Of a stretch of DNA of 64,000 bases, positions 11,143 to 21,264 are shown piece after piece. Every line of letters starts with the position of its first letter. Positions within the stretch are counted from its first letter, which is position 1. The stretch comes from an uncultured bacterium. GTDB taxonomy: Bacteria; Hydrogenedentota; Hydrogenedentia; Hydrogenedentales; Hydrogenedentaceae. A program made the translations under genes and the position numbers. The stretch spans positions 112,614 through 176,613 of the forward strand of contig CALLRP010000003.1 in the NCBI GenBank assembly GCA_938014335.1, given 5' to 3'. Under the pieces are notes generated by a model. That model had not been told where the DNA came from, searched no databases, and saw nothing but the letters and a program-made list of their open reading frames with translations.

Positions 11143-11501
11143 TTAGCTAACATACCCCGGAACATGAAATATACCGCCCCGACCAGGCACATGGAAGCCC
11201 AGACAAAATCCATACGAATTTGCTCTTTCATATATACAACAGAGAAAATGGCAAATACTACCATCGTAATTACTTCTTGAAGTACCTTTAATTGACTTAA
11301 ACTTAAAAACTGAAATCCAATACGATTAGCAGGCACTTGAAGACAATATTCAAAGAACGCCACACACCAACTAAGTACAATTGCCATAAATATAGGCTTG
11401 CTCTTCATATCCTTCAAATGACCATACCATGCATAAGTCATAAATAAATTTGAAAAAATTAATAGAAAAATTGGAGCAAAACGATACCACATATAATACA
11501 C
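11139..11501 (-). CDS. Small DMT-superfamily membrane protein (DUF486-like, 4 TM)
   Basis: 120 aa, four hydrophobic helices, N-terminal MYYMWYRFAPIFLL pattern of DUF486/DMT proteins. Overlaps the HAD gene stop by 4 nt on the opposite strand. Confidence 0.55.
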   Translation of the reverse strand: MYYMWYRFAPIFLLIFSNLFMTYAWYGHLKDMKSKPIFMAIVLSWCVAFFEYCLQVPANRIGFQFLSLSQLKVLQEVITMVVFAIFSVVYMKEQIRMDFVWASMCLVGAVYFMFRGMLAN

Positions 11502-11587
11502 CTAAATTGAATATTTCAAAGGGAAGAGTAAAGATAAGAAGCAAAGAGTATTATACCACCCTCATTTCCCCGAGTAAAAATACGATA

Positions 11588-11620
11588 TGGGTGGACCGAC
11601 ACATCCACCTTTTTATTTTT
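11588..11620. terminator. Hairpin (ggtgga-N8-tccacc) followed by T-run, in the recG/DMT intergenic region
   Basis: Perfect 6-bp inverted repeat with ttttt immediately 3' on the + strand. The reverse orientation also has a U-rich tail, so the orientation is ambiguous. Confidence 0.35.
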
Positions 11621-11754
11621 ATTTTTGCCAGCAAGTCTGCAGGGGCTACTTTAGGTTAGTTCAGACCTCACGCTTGAACATAATATACAGGTGAAACGCT
11701 GACGCTGCTTATTCAGAGCCCGGAATGGGTGGGTTACTTTTCAGGATGTCGGCA

Positions 11755-13761
11755 TTACTTTTGGAATAGCATTTCGACATCTTTGCGGGCTTGCTGGATA
11801 AGTTCTAAATCATGAGTAAAACGGACAAATTTCAGGTCACTAACGCCGGACTGACGAAGTCCCCCCATTTCGCCATGTCCGCGAAGAATCAAGTCTTGTT
11901 CTGCTATCTCAAAGCCATTATTCGTTGCACAAAGTATTTTTAATCGTTCCATGCTAACTTCGTTATATGACGTCGGCAAAAGAAAGCAATACGAAGGATA
12001 AGGTCCTCGTCCCACTCTTCCCCGCAACTGATGTAATTGAGCCAATCCGAAACATTCTGCATTTTCAACGACAAGTGTTGTTGCTCGCGGAACATCTACA
12101 CCGACTTCAATAACAGTTGTCGAAAACAATACATCGATTAACCCTTGAGCAAGTCGGCTCATCACATCTGCTTTCTCATTGAATGAAAGCCGACCATGTA
12201 TCAGGTCGGTTCGTAATGATGAGAAAGGACCTGAACGAAGTGTTTCATAAACCTTTAATAGAGGTTTTAGATTCTCTTTGTGAGTTGATTCTTCAATACT
12301 GGGGCAAACCCAGTAAGTAGCAAAACCCTCTCTTGCTTGTTGGTTAATAAATTGAATTAATCCTTCTCTTTTTTCTTCGGTAATAATATACGTTTTTATA
12401 GGGTAGCGTCCCGGTGGCATTTCGTCTATAACACTGATGTCCATCCCCCCATAAACGGTCATTGCCAGAGAACGCGGTATGGGTGTCGCAGTCAGGTAAA
12501 GAACATCCGGTGCGGACCCTTTCATTCGAAGTTTTCTTCTCTGCATAACACCAAAGCGATGTTGTTCATCAATCACGATAAGCCCTAAATTATGAAATAA
12601 GGTGGTTTCTTGAATGAGCGCTTGCGTACCAATAACTACATGCACTTCCCCTTGGGCAATGTGTTCCCGTATCTCTTTTGCATTTCGTACAGAACTTGTG
12701 AGTAATTCGATACGAAGAGGTAAAGAAGATAGCCATTTTTGAAGGTTTAAATAATGTTGTTCAGCCAGAATTTCCGTAGGAGCCATCAGTGCCGATTGAT
12801 AACCGCTATCTGCGGATGCACAGATTGCATGGAGGGCAACGAATGTCTTGCCACAACCTACATCCCCTTGTACTAATCTCAGCATCTGCTTCGGTTCAGA
12901 CAAATCGTTTAATATTTCATCAATAACTCGTTTCTGAGCGAAAGTCAATGTAAAAGGTAATTGACTGCGAAAAGTAGAAAGAATTTTCCCATCTACTTGG
13001 TGACAACAAACTGTTTTGCCTTTGATATTTTCTTTTTTCCACATCCACCACTCTTTCTGAACTTGCAGGATTTCGTCATAAGCAAGTCGTTGACGAGCCT
13101 GTTCCACATCGGACATAGTCTCCGGGAAGTGTATTTTCTTTACCGCTTCAGGTAAGGGGAGCAAACCTCGAGCATTAAGAAATTCTTCTGATACATCATC
13201 TTTAATATGCACACTTAAAAGAGTTTCATATATCCATCGCCGAAAGGAACGAAGAGAGATGCCTTCGCACACAGTATATACAGGAACAATCCGTGAAGTA
13301 TGTATATTTGTTTCTTCATCTATATTCTCTTCATATTCAGGGTTATTCATAATAAGGTGTGAATTATTTTTTTCTGCGGAACCATAAATGAAGAATTTCT
13401 TGCCTGGCTGAAAGAGATGCTTTGTTAGATAGGGGCGCCCCCAGAAAATAGCCTCAACAGTTCCTGTATCATCTTTGAAAATCACCCTTGCTTGAGATAG
13501 TCCCTGCCGTAGATAGACCTGTCTTGCTCGTTCTACTGTAACAAATAATGTGTATTTTTTACCCTCTTCTATCGTGCTAATATAGCCTAAACACCGTCGG
13601 TCTTCATACCTACGAGGGGGATATAGTAGTAAATCCTGCACTGTTTTTATACCCATTTCATTCAATCTTTTTTCACGGCCGGGACCTACTTCAGGCAAGG
13701 AAGCAATCGAAACATTCCAACTTACTGGGTATCGTAATTCCCGTTTCTTTTTTACCACCAT
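11755..13761 (-). CDS. recG: ATP-dependent DNA helicase RecG
   Basis: Wedge/OB N-terminal region, Walker A GDVGCGKT, DEQHRFG (DEAH-like) box, and helicase C motifs. 668 aa. Confidence 0.92.
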   Translation of the reverse strand: MVVKKKRELRYPVSWNVSIASLPEVGPGREKRLNEMGIKTVQDLLLYPPRRYEDRRCLGYISTIEEGKKYTLFVTVERARQVYLRQGLSQARVIFKDDTGTVEAIFWGRPYLTKHLFQPGKKFFIYGSAEKNNSHLIMNNPEYEENIDEETNIHTSRIVPVYTVCEGISLRSFRRWIYETLLSVHIKDDVSEEFLNARGLLPLPEAVKKIHFPETMSDVEQARQRLAYDEILQVQKEWWMWKKENIKGKTVCCHQVDGKILSTFRSQLPFTLTFAQKRVIDEILNDLSEPKQMLRLVQGDVGCGKTFVALHAICASADSGYQSALMAPTEILAEQHYLNLQKWLSSLPLRIELLTSSVRNAKEIREHIAQGEVHVVIGTQALIQETTLFHNLGLIVIDEQHRFGVMQRRKLRMKGSAPDVLYLTATPIPRSLAMTVYGGMDISVIDEMPPGRYPIKTYIITEEKREGLIQFINQQAREGFATYWVCPSIEESTHKENLKPLLKVYETLRSGPFSSLRTDLIHGRLSFNEKADVMSRLAQGLIDVLFSTTVIEVGVDVPRATTLVVENAECFGLAQLHQLRGRVGRGPYPSYCFLLPTSYNEVSMERLKILCATNNGFEIAEQDLILRGHGEMGGLRQSGVSDLKFVRFTHDLELIQQARKDVEMLFQK

Positions 13762-13775
13762 AAAGATACTCCCAT

Positions 13776-16700
13776 TTAATTCTCATTTATCATTTGAACA
13801 ATCAGTCTGCCCTGATATGCGGTCTCTGCCCATACTTTGACTATTTCGGGAACATAGAGTTCCTTCCTTTCTTCCTGTTTATTTTCTATTATTGGGACAA
13901 TATCAAATGTAAAAGGTCCAAAGGCAGAACCTATTCCTTCCCATTCCGCAGTTATCAAGTACCATTCCTTTCTGATATGGGTTACCTTTACATTCCACTT
14001 ACTCTTCTCCATCCTAATTTCTGGAGGACCGCATTTCCTTATTCGCAGTAGGAAAAATAGTCTTTTCAAACTGTTCGCTCTCGCAGAAGGGACAACTTCT
14101 ATTCTTTTCAAATTCATGGGAAGGGTATCTACATTCTCTGGATAAGAAACATTGGAAATGTTCACTTTAACCTTATTTCTTGGTTTATAAAAAAAGGGCT
14201 TTCCAGGTTCTATTTTTGTTTTATTCTTTCCTTCTGCAATGTAAACAAAAACCTTACCTCCTTCATTCTGATAAAATTCAGGGACAACGACCAGTGCATA
14301 TTGGGGCGAAAGTATTCGGACAGAGGGAGAAAAACGCGTCCCGAAAATGAATTGAGTATCATTTGTAAAATTGCGTCCCTGAACAAAAACGACCGTTCCT
14401 CCTTCTGCATATGCTTCTGCAGGGTCAATCCTCGCAATAATCTGTTTCCCAAAGGTGGGCACAGGGGAAAGATCCGCCCCATCCCAGATTCCGTCACCGT
14501 CACTATCTTCACATAACGGGTCGGTTTCATTTTCATCCCATACCCCATTACGATTTTGGTCTTCATCTCCATCGGGAACCCCATCTTTATCACTATCTCT
14601 TATATAAGGATTTGTTTCTCCATCATCTACAACACCGTTCTGGTTACGGTCTTCTAAAATGTCGAACAGACCATCTCCATCTGTATCTGCAAATCTCGTT
14701 TCAGAGTAAACTAACCTTTGAAACAACCCTACTGCAAAGGCTTTGTTATTATCTTGCAGTTTACTTGAAGTTAAAGGAGTTCGTGAGGAAAGTACCGCTA
14801 TTTTTCCATAACCATAATTTTTCATAACACAGGCAACAGGTTTTGCATTGGGGATAGGAGTTCCAGCAGGCTGAGTTAATAGAGGATTCATATATGGATT
14901 TGAAATAGATTTAAGTGTCCCCCCACCGATAATATTCAGTTGCTTTCCTTTCCAATTCCAGATATCCATCATGTCTACAGGGAGTTCTCCATCAAATCTT
15001 TGATTAGGGTTATATAAAATACCTAAGGGTATTAACCAATAACCAAACAAATCCGCATTTCCCTCGGGCCAGTAATCACCTAAAATGAGGAGATTCCCAC
15101 CTTGAAAAACATAATCCAGCAAATCTTTGATACTAACTATGCCGTTGGCAATGGCTTTTGCTTCGATGACTACTATCCCGAAATCAGAAAGAATATTATC
15201 GTTTATCAGTTCTGATATTTCGTCACATGAAAAATAATAAGGGGCTCCAGACAATATATCTATTAATGTTTTCACCTCTCGCGGGTCTTTATCACTACGA
15301 AAAGGATCCGGTAAGGGCTGTGCCCAAACAAATAAAATTCGACGCGGGTCCATTTTATTTTTTATCACCTGAATCCTCACATATCGATTTGCGGGAACCG
15401 ATAATGTATTATTTGCAAGTTCTTGATTGATGATGGGTCTTACACGAAGCCACAGAGAAGGAATATAATTTCCCCATGAATAAGGTAACAATCCAAAATA
15501 TAAATAAGTATTATCAAAATAGAGGTTTTGATACCATAATAACCAATCTACGGGATTGCTCATATGGGTGATTTCCCAATCAAGAATAGCAGGATGTTGT
15601 TCTCCTAACCATATTGCTTGAATATCTTTTCCTGCACGCTCACTTCGAAATTGCACTTCGTCTACAACAAATCCATTTGATATCTCTTGAGGGGAATAAG
15701 TTGTTTTTTGAGAAGGGAGTTGAATGACTTTTGAAACGATACCTCTTTGTGTTCGGAATCCTTCTTTTACATTCCTTTCTTTCATATCGGCTTGAAACCA
15801 TTTACCTCCTATCCCAACAAGCAACACCGTATCGGAACACCAATCTATATAGGTAATGGCATCTTCAAACTTTTCTATCCATGATGTAGTGAAAGGTTTA
15901 CCCACTATCTCTAATCGGTTATTATAGGCAACTGCAACAATTGTTCCCGTGGGGTGAACAGCCACTTTCCATACATGTCCAATACCACTAAAAGAATACT
16001 CCGATTTTTTTTCTAAACCACGAACAGGGTCCCAAATTGCATAAGTTAAATAGCCGAAACCTTCTGAAAGGGATGTGGTTTTTATCCAGAAACCATCATG
16101 TGTGGGATATATATTTTTTTCTCTAACATCTCCTTCTCCATATAAGGGTATATATTCAGTGGGTTTCATACCATTTAAGGTATTCAACATAAATAGCTTA
16201 CTTTTCCCCTCCTGTGAAGGATTCTCATCCCAGTAATGGGTCAGCACAAGAAGAGAAGTATCCTCTACAGGAAATATCTCGGAAATAGAGCATTCTTCCT
16301 GAAACACATCCATCAAAAAAGGACGGCTCATTTTTAAGTAAGTATCTACAATACAAATTTGAGGGGGGCTAAATATTTCAGACTGTACTGCTATCCACAT
16401 GCCCTTTTCACTGTGAGGACAAATTATATCGGGAGCAAAAGGGATGGGTATTTCGATTGCAGGTGTTTGTAAAAAACCACCATTATTCATATCAAAAACC
16501 AATACCCTTCCCAATGAAAGGCTTCCCGACTTCTGTCTCTGAAACACGGCATATTGTCGCGAAACGCTTGTGGGTTCATTATGGGAAAAAATCCGAATAA
16601 TTTCCCAATGGGGTCCTGTTAAAAAAAATCGTAGGTCTTTTATTACTCCAAATTTATCCACAAGAGTGTAGTAGATACCCTCATCCTGCAAAGATTTTCC

Positions 16701-16979
16701 CATTTCCAAAGAAGCAGAAGAAAATAATTCAAAAAGAGTATCTTCATTGTTATCTGGCAATAATATATCTATAATTTTTTGTCCCGGGAAAATTTGGGGA
16801 GGAGAAATAGAATTGGGGTTTATCGCACCTGCGAAAAATGTTTCACCACATATACGTACGGTCTTATTCGTAACCGTTTTTGTTTCGCTCAACAAAAAAA
16901 TATCTTCACCAATGGATATTAGTGGTAAAAGAAATACTATTTTTATTAGAATTATTTGATGTATAATATTTATATTCAT
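13776..16979 (-). CDS. Large secreted protein with thrombospondin type-3-like Ca-binding repeats and an IPT/TIG domain
   Basis: Signal peptide. Run of D-x-D-x-D-G repeats (DTDGDGLFD...DSDKDGVPDGDEDQNRNGVWDENETDP...DSDGDGIWDG). IPT-like segment (GGTVVFVQGRNFTNDTQFIFG). 1067 aa. Confidence 0.65.
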   Translation of the reverse strand: MNINIIHQIILIKIVFLLPLISIGEDIFLLSETKTVTNKTVRICGETFFAGAINPNSISPPQIFPGQKIIDILLPDNNEDTLFELFSSASLEMGKSLQDEGIYYTLVDKFGVIKDLRFFLTGPHWEIIRIFSHNEPTSVSRQYAVFQRQKSGSLSLGRVLVFDMNNGGFLQTPAIEIPIPFAPDIICPHSEKGMWIAVQSEIFSPPQICIVDTYLKMSRPFLMDVFQEECSISEIFPVEDTSLLVLTHYWDENPSQEGKSKLFMLNTLNGMKPTEYIPLYGEGDVREKNIYPTHDGFWIKTTSLSEGFGYLTYAIWDPVRGLEKKSEYSFSGIGHVWKVAVHPTGTIVAVAYNNRLEIVGKPFTTSWIEKFEDAITYIDWCSDTVLLVGIGGKWFQADMKERNVKEGFRTQRGIVSKVIQLPSQKTTYSPQEISNGFVVDEVQFRSERAGKDIQAIWLGEQHPAILDWEITHMSNPVDWLLWYQNLYFDNTYLYFGLLPYSWGNYIPSLWLRVRPIINQELANNTLSVPANRYVRIQVIKNKMDPRRILFVWAQPLPDPFRSDKDPREVKTLIDILSGAPYYFSCDEISELINDNILSDFGIVVIEAKAIANGIVSIKDLLDYVFQGGNLLILGDYWPEGNADLFGYWLIPLGILYNPNQRFDGELPVDMMDIWNWKGKQLNIIGGGTLKSISNPYMNPLLTQPAGTPIPNAKPVACVMKNYGYGKIAVLSSRTPLTSSKLQDNNKAFAVGLFQRLVYSETRFADTDGDGLFDILEDRNQNGVVDDGETNPYIRDSDKDGVPDGDEDQNRNGVWDENETDPLCEDSDGDGIWDGADLSPVPTFGKQIIARIDPAEAYAEGGTVVFVQGRNFTNDTQFIFGTRFSPSVRILSPQYALVVVPEFYQNEGGKVFVYIAEGKNKTKIEPGKPFFYKPRNKVKVNISNVSYPENVDTLPMNLKRIEVVPSARANSLKRLFFLLRIRKCGPPEIRMEKSKWNVKVTHIRKEWYLITAEWEGIGSAFGPFTFDIVPIIENKQEERKELYVPEIVKVWAETAYQGRLIVQMINEN

Positions 16980-16980
16980 A

Positions 16981-17520
16981 TTGTTATATACAGTGTTTAT
17001 TCCAATAAATATAAACGCTTTATATGTAAAGAATAAAACGAAACCTATGGAAAATACACCTACTAATCCAGATTGGCAACAGTTGAAAGAATTATTGGAC
17101 GACTGCTCTTCATCAGATACGGGAAGAAAAACAAAATTTTTTGAAGAAACCCATCAAAGCCCATCAAAAGATACTTTTTCCCTACCTGATTATAATGGAT
17201 CTATGAACTCTTTTGACCCTACAATAAATCTCATTAATAAAATAAAGAAAATGGAAGGAATTATTGAGGAACAAAACAAAATAATACGCATTCGGAATGC
17301 ATATATAAATATTTTGGAACAAAAGTTGAAGAAGTTAAAAGAAAAATATGGGTCTATGGATGATACCACTTACATCCATATAAAAGAACCCTCATCTTTT
17401 GATGCCGAAACGATAATAGATACGAAAGAACCTAACCAGAAAATTGCAGATTTACATAAATCGTTAGAAAACCTCCATGAACAAATTCGACAACTGAAAA
17501 GTCGAAAAGAAAGCCAATAA
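16981..17520 (+). CDS. Hypothetical coiled-coil protein
   Basis: 179 aa. C-terminal heptad-rich K/E region (EEQNKIIRIRNAYINILEQKLKKLKEKYG...LHEQIRQLKSRKE). No catalytic motif. Confidence 0.4.
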   Translation: MLYTVFIPININALYVKNKTKPMENTPTNPDWQQLKELLDDCSSSDTGRKTKFFEETHQSPSKDTFSLPDYNGSMNSFDPTINLINKIKKMEGIIEEQNKIIRIRNAYINILEQKLKKLKEKYGSMDDTTYIHIKEPSSFDAETIIDTKEPNQKIADLHKSLENLHEQIRQLKSRKESQ

Positions 17521-17571
17521 AAGATTTTAAAAAAGGGGAGGATAAATTAAGTTTATTGTAACCAAGTTATT

Positions 17572-18600
17572 TTAAGTAAGCATAATCCTTCGAAGTTGAC
17601 CACATGCAGCATTGATATCCTGTCCGCGTTCTTTGCGTAAGGTAGCATTTAATCCATTTTGAGTTAAAAATTGTAAAAATGCTTCGCAAGCCTCAGGAGT
17701 AGGAGATTTGAAAGGAATATCTGCCACAGGATTCCATGGGATAAGATTAACAGTGCACTTGAATTGTTTTGCATAATCGAAAAGTTCCTGTGCTTGCTTC
17801 AACGAATCATTTGTTCCCCCTAATAACACATATTCAAAAGTTATCATTCGGTCTGTTTTCTGTTGATAATACTGAAGTGCCTCTGCGAGTTTGTCGAGAG
17901 AATATTTTCGGTTCAGGGGAACAAGACGGGAACGGAGTGTATCATTACCCGCATGGAGTGAAATGCTTAACCGCACCTGCCAATTTTCATCAGCAAATTT
18001 CTGTATACCCTTTACATCGCCAGCAGTAGACACCGTAATTTTCCGAGCACCAATATTAATGCCTAAAGGATGCATAATAAGTTTGATACTGCGAATGACC
18101 TCATCATAATTCCAGAAGGGTTCGCCCATACCCATATAAACGATGTTCGGTGTCCGATTGCCGAGGTCTATCAAGGAAAGAAGATGTAATGCCTGTTCAA
18201 CAATTTCACCCGCATTTAAGTTTCTTTTATACCCTGCCTTACCGGTAGCACAGAAAGCACACTTTAATGGGCAACCTACTTGTGTAGAGAGACAAAAAGT
18301 GACCCGTCGCCGATGCGGGATAATCACCGATTCGATGGTCTGATTATCTCTCAGACGAAATAGGACTTTTTTAGTCCCCGATACCGGACTTTCTTCTACA
18401 TGAAGAATTTCAGTCTGGCAGAATTCTGCTTTCGTTTCTAATTCATTTCGTAAGTCTTTCGATAAATCCGTCATTTTTTGTATATCGAACATATGTTTTT
18501 CGTGTATCCAGCGAAAAATTTGCCGACCCCGATAAGATTCTAATCCAAGTTGTTCCGATATTTCTTCCGGAAAGAGACATGAAACTATTATTTTATCCAT
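17572..18600 (-). CDS. rlmN: 23S rRNA/tRNA (adenine-C2)-methyltransferase, radical SAM RlmN/Cfr family
   Basis: CPLKCAFCATG radical-SAM cysteine triad and RlmN-like flanks. 342 aa. Confidence 0.85.
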   Translation of the reverse strand: MDKIIVSCLFPEEISEQLGLESYRGRQIFRWIHEKHMFDIQKMTDLSKDLRNELETKAEFCQTEILHVEESPVSGTKKVLFRLRDNQTIESVIIPHRRRVTFCLSTQVGCPLKCAFCATGKAGYKRNLNAGEIVEQALHLLSLIDLGNRTPNIVYMGMGEPFWNYDEVIRSIKLIMHPLGINIGARKITVSTAGDVKGIQKFADENWQVRLSISLHAGNDTLRSRLVPLNRKYSLDKLAEALQYYQQKTDRMITFEYVLLGGTNDSLKQAQELFDYAKQFKCTVNLIPWNPVADIPFKSPTPEACEAFLQFLTQNGLNATLRKERGQDINAACGQLRRIMLT

Positions 18601-18631
18601 TCTTTTTTAATCCTAATTTTTGTGCTTTATA

Positions 18632-19501
18632 CTATGGAGTTTCTATATCAACAGGGACATACCCCGAACGAAGTAGTTTTTCTTTCTGTTGAGATAAGAC
18701 TGTTTTTGGGGCCTCTATAGAGACATTTATAGAACAACGACTAAGTTTAATAGTCATAAACGCTTGTTCTTGAGGAAATTCACAGTGAATTGTCTCTGGA
18801 AAACGAATCCCTTCGGGTGTTACTTTATAATTTTTACGGACACTTCGAGCAATAAGATTCGTTTCTTTAGAATATCGTTCACTACTTATTAGAACCCATG
18901 GAATTCCCTGAACTTCTATACGACGGAGGAGTTTTTTGTGTTGTTTATCACCATAAATTTCAATAATTGCCTGTTGATGTTCTGAATCATAAGATTTCAG
19001 TACTACTCTGGAACGGGGAAGTTTATCCCATATTTCTGGGAAGAAAGTTTCACGGAAAATATCTAATGGAGTTACCCGCGTATCCGAGGATTCAAAGAAT
19101 TCTCCACCACGCTGATAATAAAATTGTCTTTCTGTGGGAAGTTCTATCAGGACTTCGTCTTTGAGACAGGTCATTCGCAATACAGTCGCAGCATATTTTC
19201 TCCCGATAACATAAAGATAATCCGGCATACGGAAGGATATATCGCTTTGATGAAGTTGATAAATCGTGTCTAATTGAGGAGTTTTTAGAGTAAATGTCCC
19301 TCTACCTTTCATAGTTTGGATAGATTGGTCATTTTTGCTTAAATCATTTAATATTTCGTCTAATTGTGGGTCATTTCCCTGTAAGGTTGTCCGTTCGAAA
19401 GCGGTCCCCCAACGGGCACAGGATAACCCCCCCAACGGTAAAAACGAAAGGAACAACGATATAAATAAATAGGTACAAAAATAGGGGACTTTGACTTTCA
19501 T
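18632..19501 (-). CDS. Hypothetical secreted/lipoprotein (possibly LolA-like fold)
   Basis: N-terminal signal peptide ending GGLSC. No catalytic motifs. Co-directional with rlmN. Confidence 0.4.
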   Translation of the reverse strand: MKVKVPYFCTYLFISLFLSFLPLGGLSCARWGTAFERTTLQGNDPQLDEILNDLSKNDQSIQTMKGRGTFTLKTPQLDTIYQLHQSDISFRMPDYLYVIGRKYAATVLRMTCLKDEVLIELPTERQFYYQRGGEFFESSDTRVTPLDIFRETFFPEIWDKLPRSRVVLKSYDSEHQQAIIEIYGDKQHKKLLRRIEVQGIPWVLISSERYSKETNLIARSVRKNYKVTPEGIRFPETIHCEFPQEQAFMTIKLSRCSINVSIEAPKTVLSQQKEKLLRSGYVPVDIETP

Positions 19502-19658
19502 TGGTAAAGAAATTCCATTATTTACTATTTTTAGGTAGGTAAGTTGCTTTTATCTTATAAAATTGATATAATATGAACCCTTGTTAATATTGTATTATAA
19601 CAACAAAAGCATACTCTTTTCGAATATAAATTAAAACAAAAAAATAAGGGATATTCCC

Positions 19659-19937
19659 ATGGCATTCGTATGTGAATACAGCGGAAAAAAACCGATTGTT
19701 GGAAATTCAATTATCCGTAGAGGTAAAGCGAAGAAAAAAGGTGGTATCGGACAAAATGTAACGGGTATCACAAAGCGTAGATGGAAACCGAACCTACAAA
19801 AAATCCGCATCATTGATGAGAAGGGTAGAGTTCGTCGTATCCGTGTATGTGCTCGCTATATCCGCGCCGGTAAATTTGTAAAAGCACCCCGTGGAATTCA
19901 AAAGTTATCCGCCGTTAAAAGCGAAACAAAACAGTAA
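19659..19937 (+). CDS. rpmB: 50S ribosomal protein L28
   Basis: MAFVCEYSGKKPIVGNSIIRRG...KRRWKPNLQKIRI matches the bL28 signature (VC.vTGK.p..GN..S.....T.R...PNL). A C-terminal extension brings it to 92 aa. Confidence 0.8.
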   Translation: MAFVCEYSGKKPIVGNSIIRRGKAKKKGGIGQNVTGITKRRWKPNLQKIRIIDEKGRVRRIRVCARYIRAGKFVKAPRGIQKLSAVKSETKQ

Positions 19938-19976
19938 CTAACACAGAAGATATCGTTCTGTTGGGTGTAGTTTTTC

Positions 19977-20014
19977 GGGCAACTCAAAATATTGAGTTGC
20001 CCATCTTTTATTTT
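19977..20014 (+). terminator. Rho-independent terminator of rpmB
   Basis: 11-bp perfect stem (gggcaactcaa / ttgagttgccc) with a 4-nt loop, followed by atcttttatttt. Confidence 0.65.
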
Positions 20015-20623
20015 AAATCATATAGTAATTTAATGAACTAATATTTGAGCAAAAAGCGGTAATCATGAATATTTCTCGAGTACACTATTATTTGCATGAA
20101 TTAATACTCCCGACCCTTCTGTTTATTGTTTTAGGAGAGATGACATAGGCCTTTCGCGGGTGTTCTGGTTTCGGAGGTTCAAACGGCTGTCCATTTGCAA
20201 GTATTCCATTAGCGACCGCATGGTGGTTTTTATCCTATGACCCTAAAGGTTCGTCAATTCGTCCTTATTCCAATGCTTTCGCATTAATGGCAATGACTTT
20301 AGGCATTGCTTTTGCAGAGCACGAGGCGGGATGCAATGGCTTCGTTTTTTTGAAGGGAAAATGTATACCCATTGCCCCGTAGAATTGGTTCCTATTCCAC
20401 GCTATTACGGATTTATATGGCAGTTTATTTCGGGCATCCCATGGGCAGGATTAGGAGCCTGTTTCCTTGCGTGGGCAAGTTGTGAAAGAAAGACAACACG
20501 GAGGGATCGGCTTATCCGAATTGCTTGGGCTATTGGTGGGGTTATCATCGCAAGAATATTACATCTGGCAGGATTATAACTTTAATTGGTAGCGTTGCTG
20601 GGAAACCTCCGACGGGATGAGCC

Positions 20624-21010
20624 TTGGTCTGGCTTATGGGAATTGCATATTACCTGACAAACCAACCTTTGTCCTCTCCGAATAATATGCAGAAAATTTC
20701 ACCCCAAACCGAACGCATAACTTTATTCCTTATTATATTCTTAGCTCTTGCTATATCTTTGCGGAATGGACTTAAAGGTTGGGCAAATATCTATTTAGGG
20801 AATGAAGAATATTGGAGTAATTTGTTATGGTTTATCTTTCTCCCGCTCATTATAATTGGAATTATTATAATTATAATTGTATCTTATATCCGTCAGAGAA
20901 CTAATAACCCACAACTTCCAACAAATCCCTTTCCTAAATATCCTTTTATAATATGGACTGTATTACTCATTCAAAACTTTATAGCCCAGCTCATTACGGG
21001 GCATGGTTGA
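20624..21010 (+). CDS. Hypothetical small membrane protein (2 TM)
   Basis: 128 aa with two hydrophobic helices (LFLIIFLALAISL; LLWFIFLPLIIIGIIIIIIV). No homology recognised. Lies in an otherwise ORF-poor region. Confidence 0.3.
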   Translation: MVWLMGIAYYLTNQPLSSPNNMQKISPQTERITLFLIIFLALAISLRNGLKGWANIYLGNEEYWSNLLWFIFLPLIIIGIIIIIIVSYIRQRTNNPQLPTNPFPKYPFIIWTVLLIQNFIAQLITGHG

Positions 21011-21264
21011 ACTGGGTAGAATTATCTTTCGCCATTTACTGCATTCTATTATTCTTCACATCCTCCGCTATTGTTTATCATTATCAATCCATCAAACTTT
21101 ATGACAAGCCCCATACTTGAACTTAAAAAAATTACCCTTTTCACGACTTGATAGTTAAAGTTAGTTTGAGTGATATAATACTTTTTCAAAGTGTTAAAGT
21201 ATCCCATCGAGAGGACTTGTTCCTCCTGTTATAGATTACACAACATAATAATAGGAAGAATTTC

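Noticed and set aside
11616-11754. Possible SRP (4.5S) RNA
   Set aside because: No GGAA tetraloop flanked by AGCAGC/CAGG domain-IV signature in either orientation.
20100-20620. Possible RNase P RNA or tmRNA
   Set aside because: Only a short GGCUUAUC word matches the RNase P P4 3' strand. No complementary AGGAAAGUCCGGGC, no tRNA-like acceptor/T-arm and no tag-peptide reading frame. Kept only as an unexplained ORF-poor region.
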